In this document: positions 8,388-17,598 of the stretch, in pieces
Layout of the letters: each line of letters opens with the position of its first letter
Numbering within the stretch: the stretch's first letter is position 1
The notes under the pieces: model-generated
Seen by the model: only the letters and a program-made list of their open reading frames with translations
Told to the model about the DNA's origin: nothing
The model's database searches: none
Source: Massilicoli timonensis
GTDB taxonomy: Bacteria > Bacillota_I > Bacilli_A > Erysipelotrichales > Erysipelotrichaceae
Direction of reading: 5' to 3'
Length of the DNA stretch: 32,000 nucleotides
Assembly (NCBI RefSeq): GCF_900199515.1
Contig: NZ_LT963434.1
Location: 363,272 to 395,271 of the forward strand
Made by a program: the position numbers and the translations under genes

Positions 8388-8669
8388 TTATTCTCCTACA
8401 TGATTACAGTTTTTTGCTGGTTCAGTATAATTAAGTGCTCGTTCACTATCTGCCACACCCTCTGTATTTGGATCAACCACAATACCTAAGATTGCCAATA
8501 CAGCGAATAAAGCATTTACAACTGCTAATAACTTATTTCCTAAATCGCCAAGATCAAGTGTATAGCCAAATACCGCTGCTACAACCTGAACTAACAATAA
8601 AGTAGCAGGAATTAAGGCTACCCAAAATGCTTTGTTTTTAATACGTGTTTCCCAGTTAATGTTTTTCAT
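8388..8669 (-). CDS. Holin (phiLC3/LL-H-like)
   Basis: 93 aa with two or three TM segments (FWVALIPATLLLVQVVAAVFG; LLAVVNALFAVLAILGIVV) and a charged C-terminus. It lies immediately upstream of the endolysin region. Confidence 0.75.
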   Translation of the reverse strand: MKNINWETRIKNKAFWVALIPATLLLVQVVAAVFGYTLDLGDLGNKLLAVVNALFAVLAILGIVVDPNTEGVADSERALNYTEPAKNCNHVGE

Positions 8670-8695
8670 AATTTTTCCTCTTTTCTAGTTAAGTT

Positions 8696-9334
8696 TTATG
8701 CCATTCTAGGGCTTACTACGAAATATCTAGGTAGATCCTTACAACTTGCATATAGCGGCTGTCCGCTATCTTCCAGACATAGATAGATGATTCCATCTTC
8801 TAGGTAGTATTTATCCTTAAACACTTCCATTGTGTTTGCATATGGGATAGGATCTTCAAGCGTTCCTGCATGCTCAACGTCAATACGATCATACAGTGCA
8901 GCAGTATCAATAGATGGGAATTGATTTTCTAACACTGTCGGGATTTCTTGACGTGTTTTCCATAGTGCGCCATCATACTCAACCTGCACATCTTTTTCCA
9001 ATTTGTAGCCGATATATGATTGCCAACTTGGATAACAATATGGAATAGTTGCCGCTTTCGCATCAGGAAGTGCCAAAAGAAAAGTCGTTCTAGCCGATTC
9101 TGCCATCATTTCTTTCAATATGCTTTCTTGTTTTTCTGCCATTGAAATAGGGTAAAATTCCTCTTTCTCTTCGTTAGTCAATCTAACTAAAGCACCTTCT
9201 GAAACTTTGTAGTCGAAAATACTTATATCATCAAAATCATCCTCAACTGATATTTCCGTCAATGTGTCTGCTTTTTCATAAAATAAAGCAGTGATTTTTC
9301 CTTTTTCTTCAACTCTTAAATATACTTGTCTCAT
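8696..9334 (-). CDS. Hypothetical tail-fibre-associated protein
   Basis: I trimmed the track ORF 8696..9358 to the ATG at 9334 (MRQVYLRV...), which is preceded by GGGGGTGA. It sits between the fibre and the holin. I recognise no family. Confidence 0.5.
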   Translation of the reverse strand: MRQVYLRVEEKGKITALFYEKADTLTEISVEDDFDDISIFDYKVSEGALVRLTNEEKEEFYPISMAEKQESILKEMMAESARTTFLLALPDAKAATIPYCYPSWQSYIGYKLEKDVQVEYDGALWKTRQEIPTVLENQFPSIDTAALYDRIDVEHAGTLEDPIPYANTMEVFKDKYYLEDGIIYLCLEDSGQPLYASCKDLPRYFVVSPRMA

Positions 9335-9341
9335 AATTTCA

Positions 9342-10592
9342 TCACCCCCAATACACAATTAACATATTAACCCTAAAAGAACCGCTTGTACTGGATATAA
9401 GCGATACATTCCACGCCCCATTGGCATAATAAGCATTAGCAGTTTTTACATTTTGTGAGACTCCATCGCCATTAGAAACAAATATTGCAGTATTCGTATT
9501 ATTACTATTACTTACACCTAGGTAACTATTGACTTGTGCATTGGTAAGTAATTGAAACCACGTAGCATTATTGACAGTAAAAACAGCGCTCATCGCATAC
9601 ATTTTTTTAACATTACCCGGAACAATACCAGCTGGTCCTTGCGGTCCTTGTGGACCTGTTGCGCCCGTCGGTCCTTGTGGTCCTTGAGGTCCAGTAGCAC
9701 CTGTTGCACCTGTTGCGCCTTGTGGACCAGTTGCACCAGTATCGCCTTTATCACCTTTGTCGCCTTTGTCCCCTTTGGGTAAGACGAGATTTAGAACTTG
9801 ATTTGGCGCATCTCCGGTTATTGTCGCTGATGCTGTTTCGCCCTTTTCAACTGTACCTATCTGTATAGTATTTGCAGGGCCGGCAGGGCCTTGAGGACCA
9901 GTAGCCCCTGTTTCTCCTTGAATGCCTTGTGGACCTTGTGCTCCCACTTTTCCCTCTGGAATGGTAAAAGATAATACCGGACTTTCTTTAGTGCCGGTCA
10001 TTTCCACATTTGCATTAGTTCCGGGATCTCCAGTTATTGTCTCTCCAACACTTATAGTTGGCGTAAAATCACCATTTTCTAACTTATTATTGATATCAGA
10101 AACTAATTCGTTTACATTTTTCTGCTGAGTTTCTGCTGTATCAATGAGTGATTTTATATCCTGCTCAATATTGCTATCTTTTATCCATTGATCCATAAAC
10201 GCCATTACTACTTGCTGCCAAACATCATCGCTAGGCGGTAGAATATCTAATTTTCCTACACTAGCATGAACTTTGAATGCGATCGGCAGTAATACGATAT
10301 TTTCACTATCTTTGGTAAGCGTGATACTCAATACTAAATATCCATCTTGAGCCATAACATTATTAGCAAGAGCAATAATACCATCAGATATTACAAGCGG
10401 AGTGCAATAATAAATGTCAGCGCACTCGATTATAGATGAGTCAAATACTCCAGCTTGTACCGTTGGCGTCCATCCTTCATAATTTTCATCTTGAACAAAT
10501 TTAAGTTGAATATTATTAGAGTATTGCGCCGGTATATCGTAGGTGTCAGCTGACAAAAGCAATCCTTTCTGAGTTATTGTCGCAAAAATCAT
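9342..10592 (-). CDS. Collagen-like tail fibre / receptor-binding protein
   Basis: 416 aa. Two Gly-X-Y blocks (aa 217-239 and 274-322) are followed by a C-terminal globular domain of about 95 aa. The ATG overlaps the Tal stop as ATGA. Confidence 0.8.
   Translation of the reverse strand: MIFATITQKGLLLSADTYDIPAQYSNNIQLKFVQDENYEGWTPTVQAGVFDSSIIECADIYYCTPLVISDGIIALANNVMAQDGYLVLSITLTKDSENIVLLPIAFKVHASVGKLDILPPSDDVWQQVVMAFMDQWIKDSNIEQDIKSLIDTAETQQKNVNELVSDINNKLENGDFTPTISVGETITGDPGTNANVEMTGTKESPVLSFTIPEGKVGAQGPQGIQGETGATGPQGPAGPANTIQIGTVEKGETASATITGDAPNQVLNLVLPKGDKGDKGDKGDTGATGPQGATGATGATGPQGPQGPTGATGPQGPQGPAGIVPGNVKKMYAMSAVFTVNNATWFQLLTNAQVNSYLGVSNSNNTNTAIFVSNGDGVSQNVKTANAYYANGAWNVSLISSTSGSFRVNMLIVYWG
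9627..9773 (-). repeat. Gly-X-Y triplet repeat DNA (16 triplets)
   Basis: Encodes GDKGDKGDKGDTGATGPQGATGATGATGPQGPQGPTGATGPQGPQGPAG. Confidence 0.9.
9876..9944 (-). repeat. Gly-X-Y triplet repeat DNA (7-8 triplets)
   Basis: Encodes GAQGPQGIQGETGATGPQGPAGP. Confidence 0.9.
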
Positions 10593-12673
10593 TCTTGCAC
10601 CTCCATTCTTGTGTTTTCATATCCTCTTTGACGCGCCACAATTCGCCAATCAAAGACAGTATTGGGTGTACCAATTACCGAAAACGCAGTTTTACCTTTG
10701 TACGATATATTTATTCTTGCTGACAAATCATCACTGAGTGGCGTTAAAAAACACTGATATGGATAATCAGTGTTCACAGTTTCTAAAAAGATAGGATCTA
10801 ATTCAATGCTGCAATAACCTTTTTCATCAGTAATTGCAGTTCCGAAATCTTCAAACACGGCATATGTAGACTCAATCGCATTCATTAAGCGATTACCGTA
10901 ATTCTGCGTTTTAACTAGACGGTTTTTTGTTCCCAATACATTTAGATTTTTCAGACATGTTAAATCAGTATCAAATATTATACCTGATGTTGAAAATTGT
11001 ATATTCAGCGTGCCTTTACTATCTTTCAAATTAAAAACAATAATAGAATATTCTCCTGCTATTGTTGATAAATTTGCATAGTTTGCTCCACTTGAAGAAA
11101 TCATTTCAACAGAATTTCCATCAGTTTGCTTAGTAAACCTTATCCTCCCAGTATTCGACATATATATCTGCTTAGTAGCAGTTTCATTTTGAGCATTCAT
11201 ATAGATATTATTGCCAACAGTCAAATCTTGATCAGTTGTAATGGCAGAACCTCTTATGAAACCACCCTCAATAGTAGTACCTTTGATGAGAATACCTGTT
11301 AAAGTACCAGCAGATATAAAGTCCGCATTAAATTTTCCATCAATGGTCCATGCGCTTGTATATGGTCCATTGATTCCACTATTTGAAAAACCTATACCGT
11401 TTTTATTCATTCTAATAATATTAACGGCATCATTTACAGTAGGTTTATCTAAAATATAGATTTCCTCTGGCTGGTTTTGCTCGTTCATTCCAAATACGAC
11501 ATACCCGCCCTTACCACCTAATATTAACTGAGTCTGATAATCAATCATCTGCTGAATCTGACCTGGGATAGTTACATTTACGGCTTCCTGCAGTGTCTTA
11601 TCAGTTGATGATACCTTATCAGTATTTCGTTCAATGACCGTATCTAGTGTAATACTTGAATTTTCCGGATTCATATACTTTTTCTCACGCTTTTTCACAA
11701 TAAAGTATTTATCTAGATCATGAGGCGTAGATATTACTTTCACAGAATCACCTAGATATATCTTATCAATATCAGCATCTACCAGCGACATATCGAATGC
11801 TGTAATAGAAATACTAACTGAATTTTCGATGTTTGCCTGCAATGCCGCTTGCCCTTTTGTGAGAAGATTTTGCGGAAGTGTTACATCGTCCCATGTCTGT
11901 GTGCCATAGATCCATCCAAATAAATTTACTGCTGTTTGATCGAATATATAGTCCTTACCGCCATTTACCGATTCAATCGTCAACGGCAATTCAGTGGTGT
12001 CATCTTTAGCCCCTAAAGGGATAAGCGCTGTAATGACATTTTCTGATGAGATGTGATTTGATAGATCTAGTATATTTTTTTGAAACTCAATAGTCTGATT
12101 AGATAGAGAATCATAACTTTCTAGATAATCAAGATAACGCACTCCGTTCAGCATGCGCACTCTTAGATACCCGCCCAAACGATTAACAAGTTTATCTTGA
12201 ATCACACTTAATGTATTCGAATAGTCATTGTCTATTTGATAGACGTTATCAGTAGAATTTGAAACTGTGACTGTACCAAGCTGGAAGCGTTTAGATTCTT
12301 CTACTTGTAAATTGTGTTGGTCTATGAGATTTGATAAATACTCACTGATCGTTGTGTCCTGCGTTGTATTCGGGCGAACGATGCTGTCCAGCAAATATGC
12401 TAATGAACCCTCGCATGTGAAAGTACGATTCCCAATGATATCATCATCAGTATAAAGGACTCGACCCTCAAACACTAATACATCATCTTCATATAAGGCA
12501 ATACCGGGAATCAATTCTTGCGGTATATCTTTATTAGGATTAAGCGTTGGTAAAACAAATACTAGTGTGTTTGTCGTATTTACCTGTTCAGTCAAATTTA
12601 TCTCCGTCGCCTTATATTCATCTGTTTCTGAATCAAATAATGTGGTATCACCATATTTCAAAAGTAATTTCAT
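10589..12673 (-). CDS. Tail-associated lysin-position protein (Tal; prophage tail endopeptidase-like minor structural protein)
   Basis: 694 aa, directly downstream of Dit and upstream of the fibre, with ATGA coupling at both ends. Size and position are typical for a siphovirus Tal. Confidence 0.65.
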   Translation of the reverse strand: MKLLLKYGDTTLFDSETDEYKATEINLTEQVNTTNTLVFVLPTLNPNKDIPQELIPGIALYEDDVLVFEGRVLYTDDDIIGNRTFTCEGSLAYLLDSIVRPNTTQDTTISEYLSNLIDQHNLQVEESKRFQLGTVTVSNSTDNVYQIDNDYSNTLSVIQDKLVNRLGGYLRVRMLNGVRYLDYLESYDSLSNQTIEFQKNILDLSNHISSENVITALIPLGAKDDTTELPLTIESVNGGKDYIFDQTAVNLFGWIYGTQTWDDVTLPQNLLTKGQAALQANIENSVSISITAFDMSLVDADIDKIYLGDSVKVISTPHDLDKYFIVKKREKKYMNPENSSITLDTVIERNTDKVSSTDKTLQEAVNVTIPGQIQQMIDYQTQLILGGKGGYVVFGMNEQNQPEEIYILDKPTVNDAVNIIRMNKNGIGFSNSGINGPYTSAWTIDGKFNADFISAGTLTGILIKGTTIEGGFIRGSAITTDQDLTVGNNIYMNAQNETATKQIYMSNTGRIRFTKQTDGNSVEMISSSGANYANLSTIAGEYSIIVFNLKDSKGTLNIQFSTSGIIFDTDLTCLKNLNVLGTKNRLVKTQNYGNRLMNAIESTYAVFEDFGTAITDEKGYCSIELDPIFLETVNTDYPYQCFLTPLSDDLSARINISYKGKTAFSVIGTPNTVFDWRIVARQRGYENTRMEVQE

Positions 12674-13101
12674 AATCGTTTCTCGCCTTTCTTATTCATT
12701 TTCATCGGTAGTGCATTGAAAGATAATATAACTTGGGCGTTGTTATAGTCGTTTTTATCAGTACTGTTAACTGAACATCTGCCTTCATAATACCAATCCG
12801 AAGCACTTACAAAACGAAGCCGCACCAACCTACCATGATATGTATTGGCTAGTTCATCAATCACTTTTTGCCAACATGGCAAAGGTTTTACAAAGCCAAA
12901 CGAAAGAGTAATTGGGCGCCTATTATATGCAACTTCCCCAAAATATTCCGTCAAATCATATGATACATTTGAATACGGGATATCAATAAATGAAGTTTTG
13001 GCTGTCGGTGGTGAAATATTGAATCCTGTCAGACCTAATCCATAGTCACGCATCATTAGTTTTGATGTGTCATTCACTATTAGCATTACATCTTCTTTCA
13101 T
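12670..13101 (-). CDS. Distal tail protein (Dit), short form
   Basis: 143 aa, immediately after the tape measure with an ATGA overlap. The call rests on position. Confidence 0.55.
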   Translation of the reverse strand: MKEDVMLIVNDTSKLMMRDYGLGLTGFNISPPTAKTSFIDIPYSNVSYDLTEYFGEVAYNRRPITLSFGFVKPLPCWQKVIDELANTYHGRLVRLRFVSASDWYYEGRCSVNSTDKNDYNNAQVILSFNALPMKMNKKGEKRL

Positions 13102-15341
13102 ACTCCAAACCGCCCCTTTCGATTAGTGATTAACCCCATATTCTGATCGACGCCATTTGTCGTCATATATCCAACTTGTTTACCGTCCATAAAAATACCA
13201 ACGTTCGCCATTGCCGCTGCTAAACGATCATAATCAATAGCAAGAGTTTGATTCATGAACGCATTACCGTGAAATAGATTTTCTATTCCCTGAATACCAC
13301 CTAATGATCGCAATTTTGCATTCTCTTCCCGTGTTAATACCGCCTCTCCATAATCCAAATACGCTGGAAAATAGTCATTTGGTACAAAATCCATACCTAC
13401 TTTTAATCGTGGAATCTGCGGAACCGGAAGAGGATTTTTCGACCATAATCCCAAGAATGGTTGCCCGATGATTGGAATATCAATTGATCTAATTTTGTTC
13501 AAAAGACCATTGATAGCATCGAACGGAAGTCGAATCACTTTATTGACACCATCTAAAATGCAATTCACGATGTTTTTGAAGACATTGGCGATGCCGTCAA
13601 CAACCCCACTGAATATCTTTCCTCCATTAGAAAATAAACTCAGTATCGTATCCCATACACCAGCAACAATACTTGATAAAGTATTCCACACGCCACTAAA
13701 TATTTCTTTTATTCCTTCCCATGCTTTTTCCCAATCGCCTGAAAAGACTCCTATTAAAAAATCAATGATACCGCTGAATAATTGCAAAATCGCATCAAAG
13801 ATATTTTTTATGTTTTCAAAAAAAGTTTGAAAGATTGAAAAAATATTATTAACAGCCCCACTAAATTTATCAGACAGAAAATTTACAATATACTCGACGA
13901 TTGTTGTAATGAAAGAAGAAATACTATTCCATACACTCTCAAACAGAGAAAAAGCAGCACTCCACATATCTCCCCACCATGATGATAATGCATCCCAAAT
14001 TCCTTTGATAGATGCTATAACTGAATCGGTATCACCGAGCCAACCAAATAAAGCAGCGCTTACTTCCGCAAATACATTGATAATACCAGATAATACGCTA
14101 ATTATCGTATTCAATACTGGGATAAGCAAGTTTCCTAATGGCACCAATAGTTTTTCCACATTGCGTTTTAATTTTTCAAATTGAGCAGACAATCCTCCAC
14201 TCATAGTATTCTTCACATCATTCATTGTACCGCCGACATCTTCAAATCCTTCTCCTACTGATGTTAATGATTCAACAAACTTTGCATTTGCATCTTCTCC
14301 CATTGTTCCGAATGCAGTAGCTGCCATTGTCAGTTTTTCTTGTTCGTTTGTACAACTTCGAATATCGTTCACAATGGAATCAATGACTTCTTTTTGAGTT
14401 GCTTCCCCATTCTGCCATGCCTTAAAAACATTTTGAGTGTCTGAACTGAACTTAGTCAATGAATCCTCTATTGTTCCATCAGCAAGTCGTGTCGTTACTT
14501 CATTGATAGCATCGTTAATCTTATCAAGATTATATGCGCCACCCTGCGTGCCGTTTTTCAGCAACTGAAAATATTCATCAGCGCTGTATCCGGCTTGAGC
14601 GAATTTGCCGGCATACTCAGCGACATTATCTCCTAATTCATCAGTGTAATTTAACCCTTGTTGGGCGCCTGATGCCATTAAATCCATTGCTTGTTCAGCA
14701 GTTAGACCAAATTGTGTCATCAACTGATCTGTACCTCGCAATGTTTCATTCAGATCCATATCAAACGCATCACGCAATGTTAATGCGTTTTCAGTAAGAC
14801 TTTGCAAGCCTTTTGCATCAATATCATCGAACTGCTGCTTCACACGTGCTGCCGCATCTGCTACATCATCGATTGATTCCCCGTAATTGTTGGCATAGAT
14901 GTCTTTTAATACGTTTTCAAAATCACTGATTTCTTCTTTTGCTATCCCTGTTTGCGTTGCAAATTTATTGATTGCTGTTTCATAATTTGCAGCCATTCCT
15001 ACACTGGCTGTACCGACCGCAGCAATTCCACCAATAATGCCTGCTTTCGCGAGCGTATCAGCCGACAATCCGATATTGCTTGCTATCTCATCAAATGATC
15101 CGGTAACAATATCTTTCAAACTTCCAGAATTGGACTTGATCTTATCAAATGCGCTTGAAAATGCAGTTGATATTTTCCCACTACTACTTTTTGCATCTGC
15201 AGTTACTTCTTTATTGTCCTGTATCTGTGCATTTGCCGCATCTTGTGATGATTTTTTTATTTTTTCTTCGGTTTTCTTAATCCCTGTTATCGCCTTGGAA
15301 TCATCTGTTTCAACCTCATATACAACTTTACCATCTGGCAT
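13098..15341 (-). CDS. Tape measure protein
   Basis: About 747 aa. I prefer the ATG at 15341 (GAGGTG RBS) over the track's TTG at 15344. It has a long helical region, a hydrophobic core and a periodic W/F-rich segment. It is the largest tail-module gene. Confidence 0.85.
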   Translation of the reverse strand: MPDGKVVYEVETDDSKAITGIKKTEEKIKKSSQDAANAQIQDNKEVTADAKSSSGKISTAFSSAFDKIKSNSGSLKDIVTGSFDEIASNIGLSADTLAKAGIIGGIAAVGTASVGMAANYETAINKFATQTGIAKEEISDFENVLKDIYANNYGESIDDVADAAARVKQQFDDIDAKGLQSLTENALTLRDAFDMDLNETLRGTDQLMTQFGLTAEQAMDLMASGAQQGLNYTDELGDNVAEYAGKFAQAGYSADEYFQLLKNGTQGGAYNLDKINDAINEVTTRLADGTIEDSLTKFSSDTQNVFKAWQNGEATQKEVIDSIVNDIRSCTNEQEKLTMAATAFGTMGEDANAKFVESLTSVGEGFEDVGGTMNDVKNTMSGGLSAQFEKLKRNVEKLLVPLGNLLIPVLNTIISVLSGIINVFAEVSAALFGWLGDTDSVIASIKGIWDALSSWWGDMWSAAFSLFESVWNSISSFITTIVEYIVNFLSDKFSGAVNNIFSIFQTFFENIKNIFDAILQLFSGIIDFLIGVFSGDWEKAWEGIKEIFSGVWNTLSSIVAGVWDTILSLFSNGGKIFSGVVDGIANVFKNIVNCILDGVNKVIRLPFDAINGLLNKIRSIDIPIIGQPFLGLWSKNPLPVPQIPRLKVGMDFVPNDYFPAYLDYGEAVLTREENAKLRSLGGIQGIENLFHGNAFMNQTLAIDYDRLAAAMANVGIFMDGKQVGYMTTNGVDQNMGLITNRKGRFGV

Positions 15342-15345
15342 CAAA

Positions 15346-15951
15346 TCACCTCTTTTCTGCCATGTTTTTTAATGTTTCAAACAGATCGAACAGATTATCT
15401 GCAAATTGTTCCTCTCGCTCTTCCTGCGTCATTTCAAGTTGGTATTCTGTTTTCAGGCGAATCAATGCAGCACGTTCTTCTGCATTGTATTTCGTCGGTG
15501 CAGGAATCGGTCTCTGTCTAATATCAATAATCTGCATGATTCTTGTATCAGCACTCAAACCGTTAAAAAGCGCTATGAATTTCCACCAGTGCAAACGTTT
15601 GCACGAAAAAAGGTCTATGCCATAACACTGCATAAACCCTGCATAAATTTCTTTTGCATCCTGCTTGAAGTCGAATGCCTTTTGTTTTTTAGATTTTTTC
15701 TGTTCATCTTGTAAAGTTTCAAAGACAAGTCGGATCATTTTAACTTTGAAGCCTACATCTTTTTTCCATGTTCTGATTTTTGACAAAAATGTGAAGAGAA
15801 TATTGTACATAATTTCAAACTTTTCAATATCCTCTAAATCTTTATTTTGCAAAATATCTTGGCACATCAAAATCGTTTCAAAAGATGTACGAAAGGTATA
15901 TTTTTTTCCTGCTATTTCTATTGCAGTTGGAAATTCTTCATAAAATTTCAT
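15346..15951 (-). CDS. Tail assembly chaperone-position protein (Gp15-like)
   Basis: 201 aa, directly upstream of the tape measure. Its ATG overlaps the upstream stop as ATGA, and it lies in the -1 frame relative to the upstream ORF. Confidence 0.6.
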   Translation of the reverse strand: MKFYEEFPTAIEIAGKKYTFRTSFETILMCQDILQNKDLEDIEKFEIMYNILFTFLSKIRTWKKDVGFKVKMIRLVFETLQDEQKKSKKQKAFDFKQDAKEIYAGFMQCYGIDLFSCKRLHWWKFIALFNGLSADTRIMQIIDIRQRPIPAPTKYNAEERAALIRLKTEYQLEMTQEEREEQFADNLFDLFETLKNMAEKR

Positions 15952-16346
15952 CTGAATATTTTTCTTCGTTTTGCATTTTTCTTAAATTGCTTTATTTTAG
16001 ATGATTTGTAATCATTGAACATAGGCGTTACAACATCATTGAAAAAAGGCATAACATCTAATAACATTGATACATAATCATCATCATAGAAATCTACAAT
16101 ATCCTTCGTACCAGCTTCGCCAAAAGTTAAGATGAATAGTGCGGTAATTGCTTCTCCTAATTTTTTAGGATCATCTAATGTCCCTTTTCTTGATTCTTCT
16201 ATCAATAGGTTAACACTCCTAGATGCTTTCTTGTATTCCTGCATTTTTTTCGCAACGTTCATCTCACATTTTACTTCTAGAAACTTACCGTGATACTCAA
16301 TCTGTAATGTTTCACTCAATACTTCACTTCGCTTTATTTGATACAT
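15948..16346 (-). CDS. Tail assembly chaperone-position protein (G-like)
   Basis: 132 aa and acidic, lying between the major tail protein and the tape measure. GGAGG RBS. Confidence 0.55.
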   Translation of the reverse strand: MYQIKRSEVLSETLQIEYHGKFLEVKCEMNVAKKMQEYKKASRSVNLLIEESRKGTLDDPKKLGEAITALFILTFGEAGTKDIVDFYDDDYVSMLLDVMPFFNDVVTPMFNDYKSSKIKQFKKNAKRRKIFR

Positions 16347-16367
16347 TGTTCTACCTCCATTTTGAAA

Positions 16368-16385
16368 GGGAAGCGTGTGCTTCCC
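16368..16385 (-). terminator. Stem-loop immediately after the major tail protein stop (partial terminator or stability element)
   Basis: GGGAAGC-ACAC-GCTTCCC (7-bp stem, 5 of the pairs G-C) starts right after the TAA stop. The T-tract that follows is weak (TTTCAAAA). Confidence 0.4.
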
Positions 16386-16856
16386 TTATTCTTCCGATAC
16401 TGTTCCGCTCGTTAACTTTGGCTCGCCATTAAAGGCAAATTCAACACTGATAGCTGCACCGTCAGTAGTACCTCCGCTATACTCTTGAATGTTCTGCATC
16501 GTAACAGGAACGGTAACAATTGACGTTGTTTTATCATCGTTATTCGCTCGAGTAATCTGCAACTGTGTTTCTCTATTTTTCAGCAATTTGTATTTATTGC
16601 CAAAAATGAACTCTTGTGCAGCATCTCCGAGAATACGAACACCTGTTAATGTGACAACCGGCGCCATGCCTGTAACATAGTTATTGGCAAACCCTTTTTG
16701 GCAAAGAAAGAAATACTGCTGAAGCACTTCGTTTAATGCTTCTGTGATGTTGTTAAATCCGGCACAAAGCGGTGTCCATGTCGGTGCTTCTTCCACAGGA
16801 GTTGTATTGATTTCTAAAGAAATACCATATGTAACTAGTAAATTCGGTTGATTCAT
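16386..16856 (-). CDS. Major tail protein
   Basis: 156 aa, in the position between the head-tail completion genes and the chaperones. It is followed by a hairpin, as expected for an abundantly expressed structural gene. Confidence 0.7.
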   Translation of the reverse strand: MNQPNLLVTYGISLEINTTPVEEAPTWTPLCAGFNNITEALNEVLQQYFFLCQKGFANNYVTGMAPVVTLTGVRILGDAAQEFIFGNKYKLLKNRETQLQITRANNDDKTTSIVTVPVTMQNIQEYSGGTTDGAAISVEFAFNGEPKLTSGTVSEE

Positions 16857-16858
16857 TT

Positions 16859-17251
16859 TTAATCTCCTCTCATATAAAATTTAATTCGCAGCGAACTGCC
16901 ATATATCCATTGATCGTTTCCCTCACGTCCAATTAACCGCGGACTTCCGATCGTGTCTATGTCATAGATTTGAAAATTTATTGATGATGGATATTTCTTT
17001 CGCCTAGTTAATGATAGATGAATCATATTTAATGTTTCAAACACGATCATCTGATTTTCATTTTTTCCATTCAAAGCGATAATCCATTCAACAACTGCAT
17101 TTTTGTCAAGGAATGCATTTGGAGACGCAGGATTGGGCAAAACGCTTATCCCATTTCTAGGAACATCTGATCCGACATAGATAGTCGAATACGGTTTAGA
17201 TTCGTTCATTAAACCGATTACTGCTTTCAAAACGTCATTATAAACCGTCAT
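16859..17251 (-). CDS. Tail completion/terminator-position protein (minor capsid protein family-like)
   Basis: 130 aa with ATGA coupling to the upstream gene. The call rests on position. Confidence 0.5.
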   Translation of the reverse strand: MTVYNDVLKAVIGLMNESKPYSTIYVGSDVPRNGISVLPNPASPNAFLDKNAVVEWIIALNGKNENQMIVFETLNMIHLSLTRRKKYPSSINFQIYDIDTIGSPRLIGREGNDQWIYGSSLRIKFYMRGD

Positions 17252-17598
17252 TTCATTCCCTCCTTAAATGCTTTCTGCGCTGTTGCGTCAATTTCTTTTT
17301 TATGATTTTGAACACCCACTTCTGCCCATCCAGCTTGTGCGTTTGGGTTTCTATCCTTTGAGAAATGCAGATCAATACCATAATAAGCTTTTGCTGCATA
17401 TTCTTTATCCCAAATTGCTTTCCCCTCTTGAGGTTTCGATGCGCTGATTGCACTTCTTTTTAGATCGCCTGTATCTTCCGGGCAATACACATTACCGTAT
17501 GCGATAACTGCTTCTGTAACCTGCTCTTTTAAGGCTTGCCCACCCCTTTTGATACGTTTCGTAATAGCTGAATAATTAGTAGTTATTTTTACACTCAT
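17248..17598 (-). CDS. Head-tail joining protein (HK97 gp10 / minor capsid protein 1-like)
   Basis: 116 aa with the motif P.DTGDLKRS...W...YA...YYG, typical of this family. Confidence 0.55.
   Translation of the reverse strand: MSVKITTNYSAITKRIKRGGQALKEQVTEAVIAYGNVYCPEDTGDLKRSAISASKPQEGKAIWDKEYAAKAYYGIDLHFSKDRNPNAQAGWAEVGVQNHKKEIDATAQKAFKEGMK

Noticed and set aside
9627-9944. Short periodic DNA repeats that could look like a CRISPR array or a satellite
   Set aside because: The period is 9 nt or multiples of 3. The repeats lie entirely inside a long ORF and translate to Gly-X-Y collagen triplets. There is no repeat/spacer organisation.
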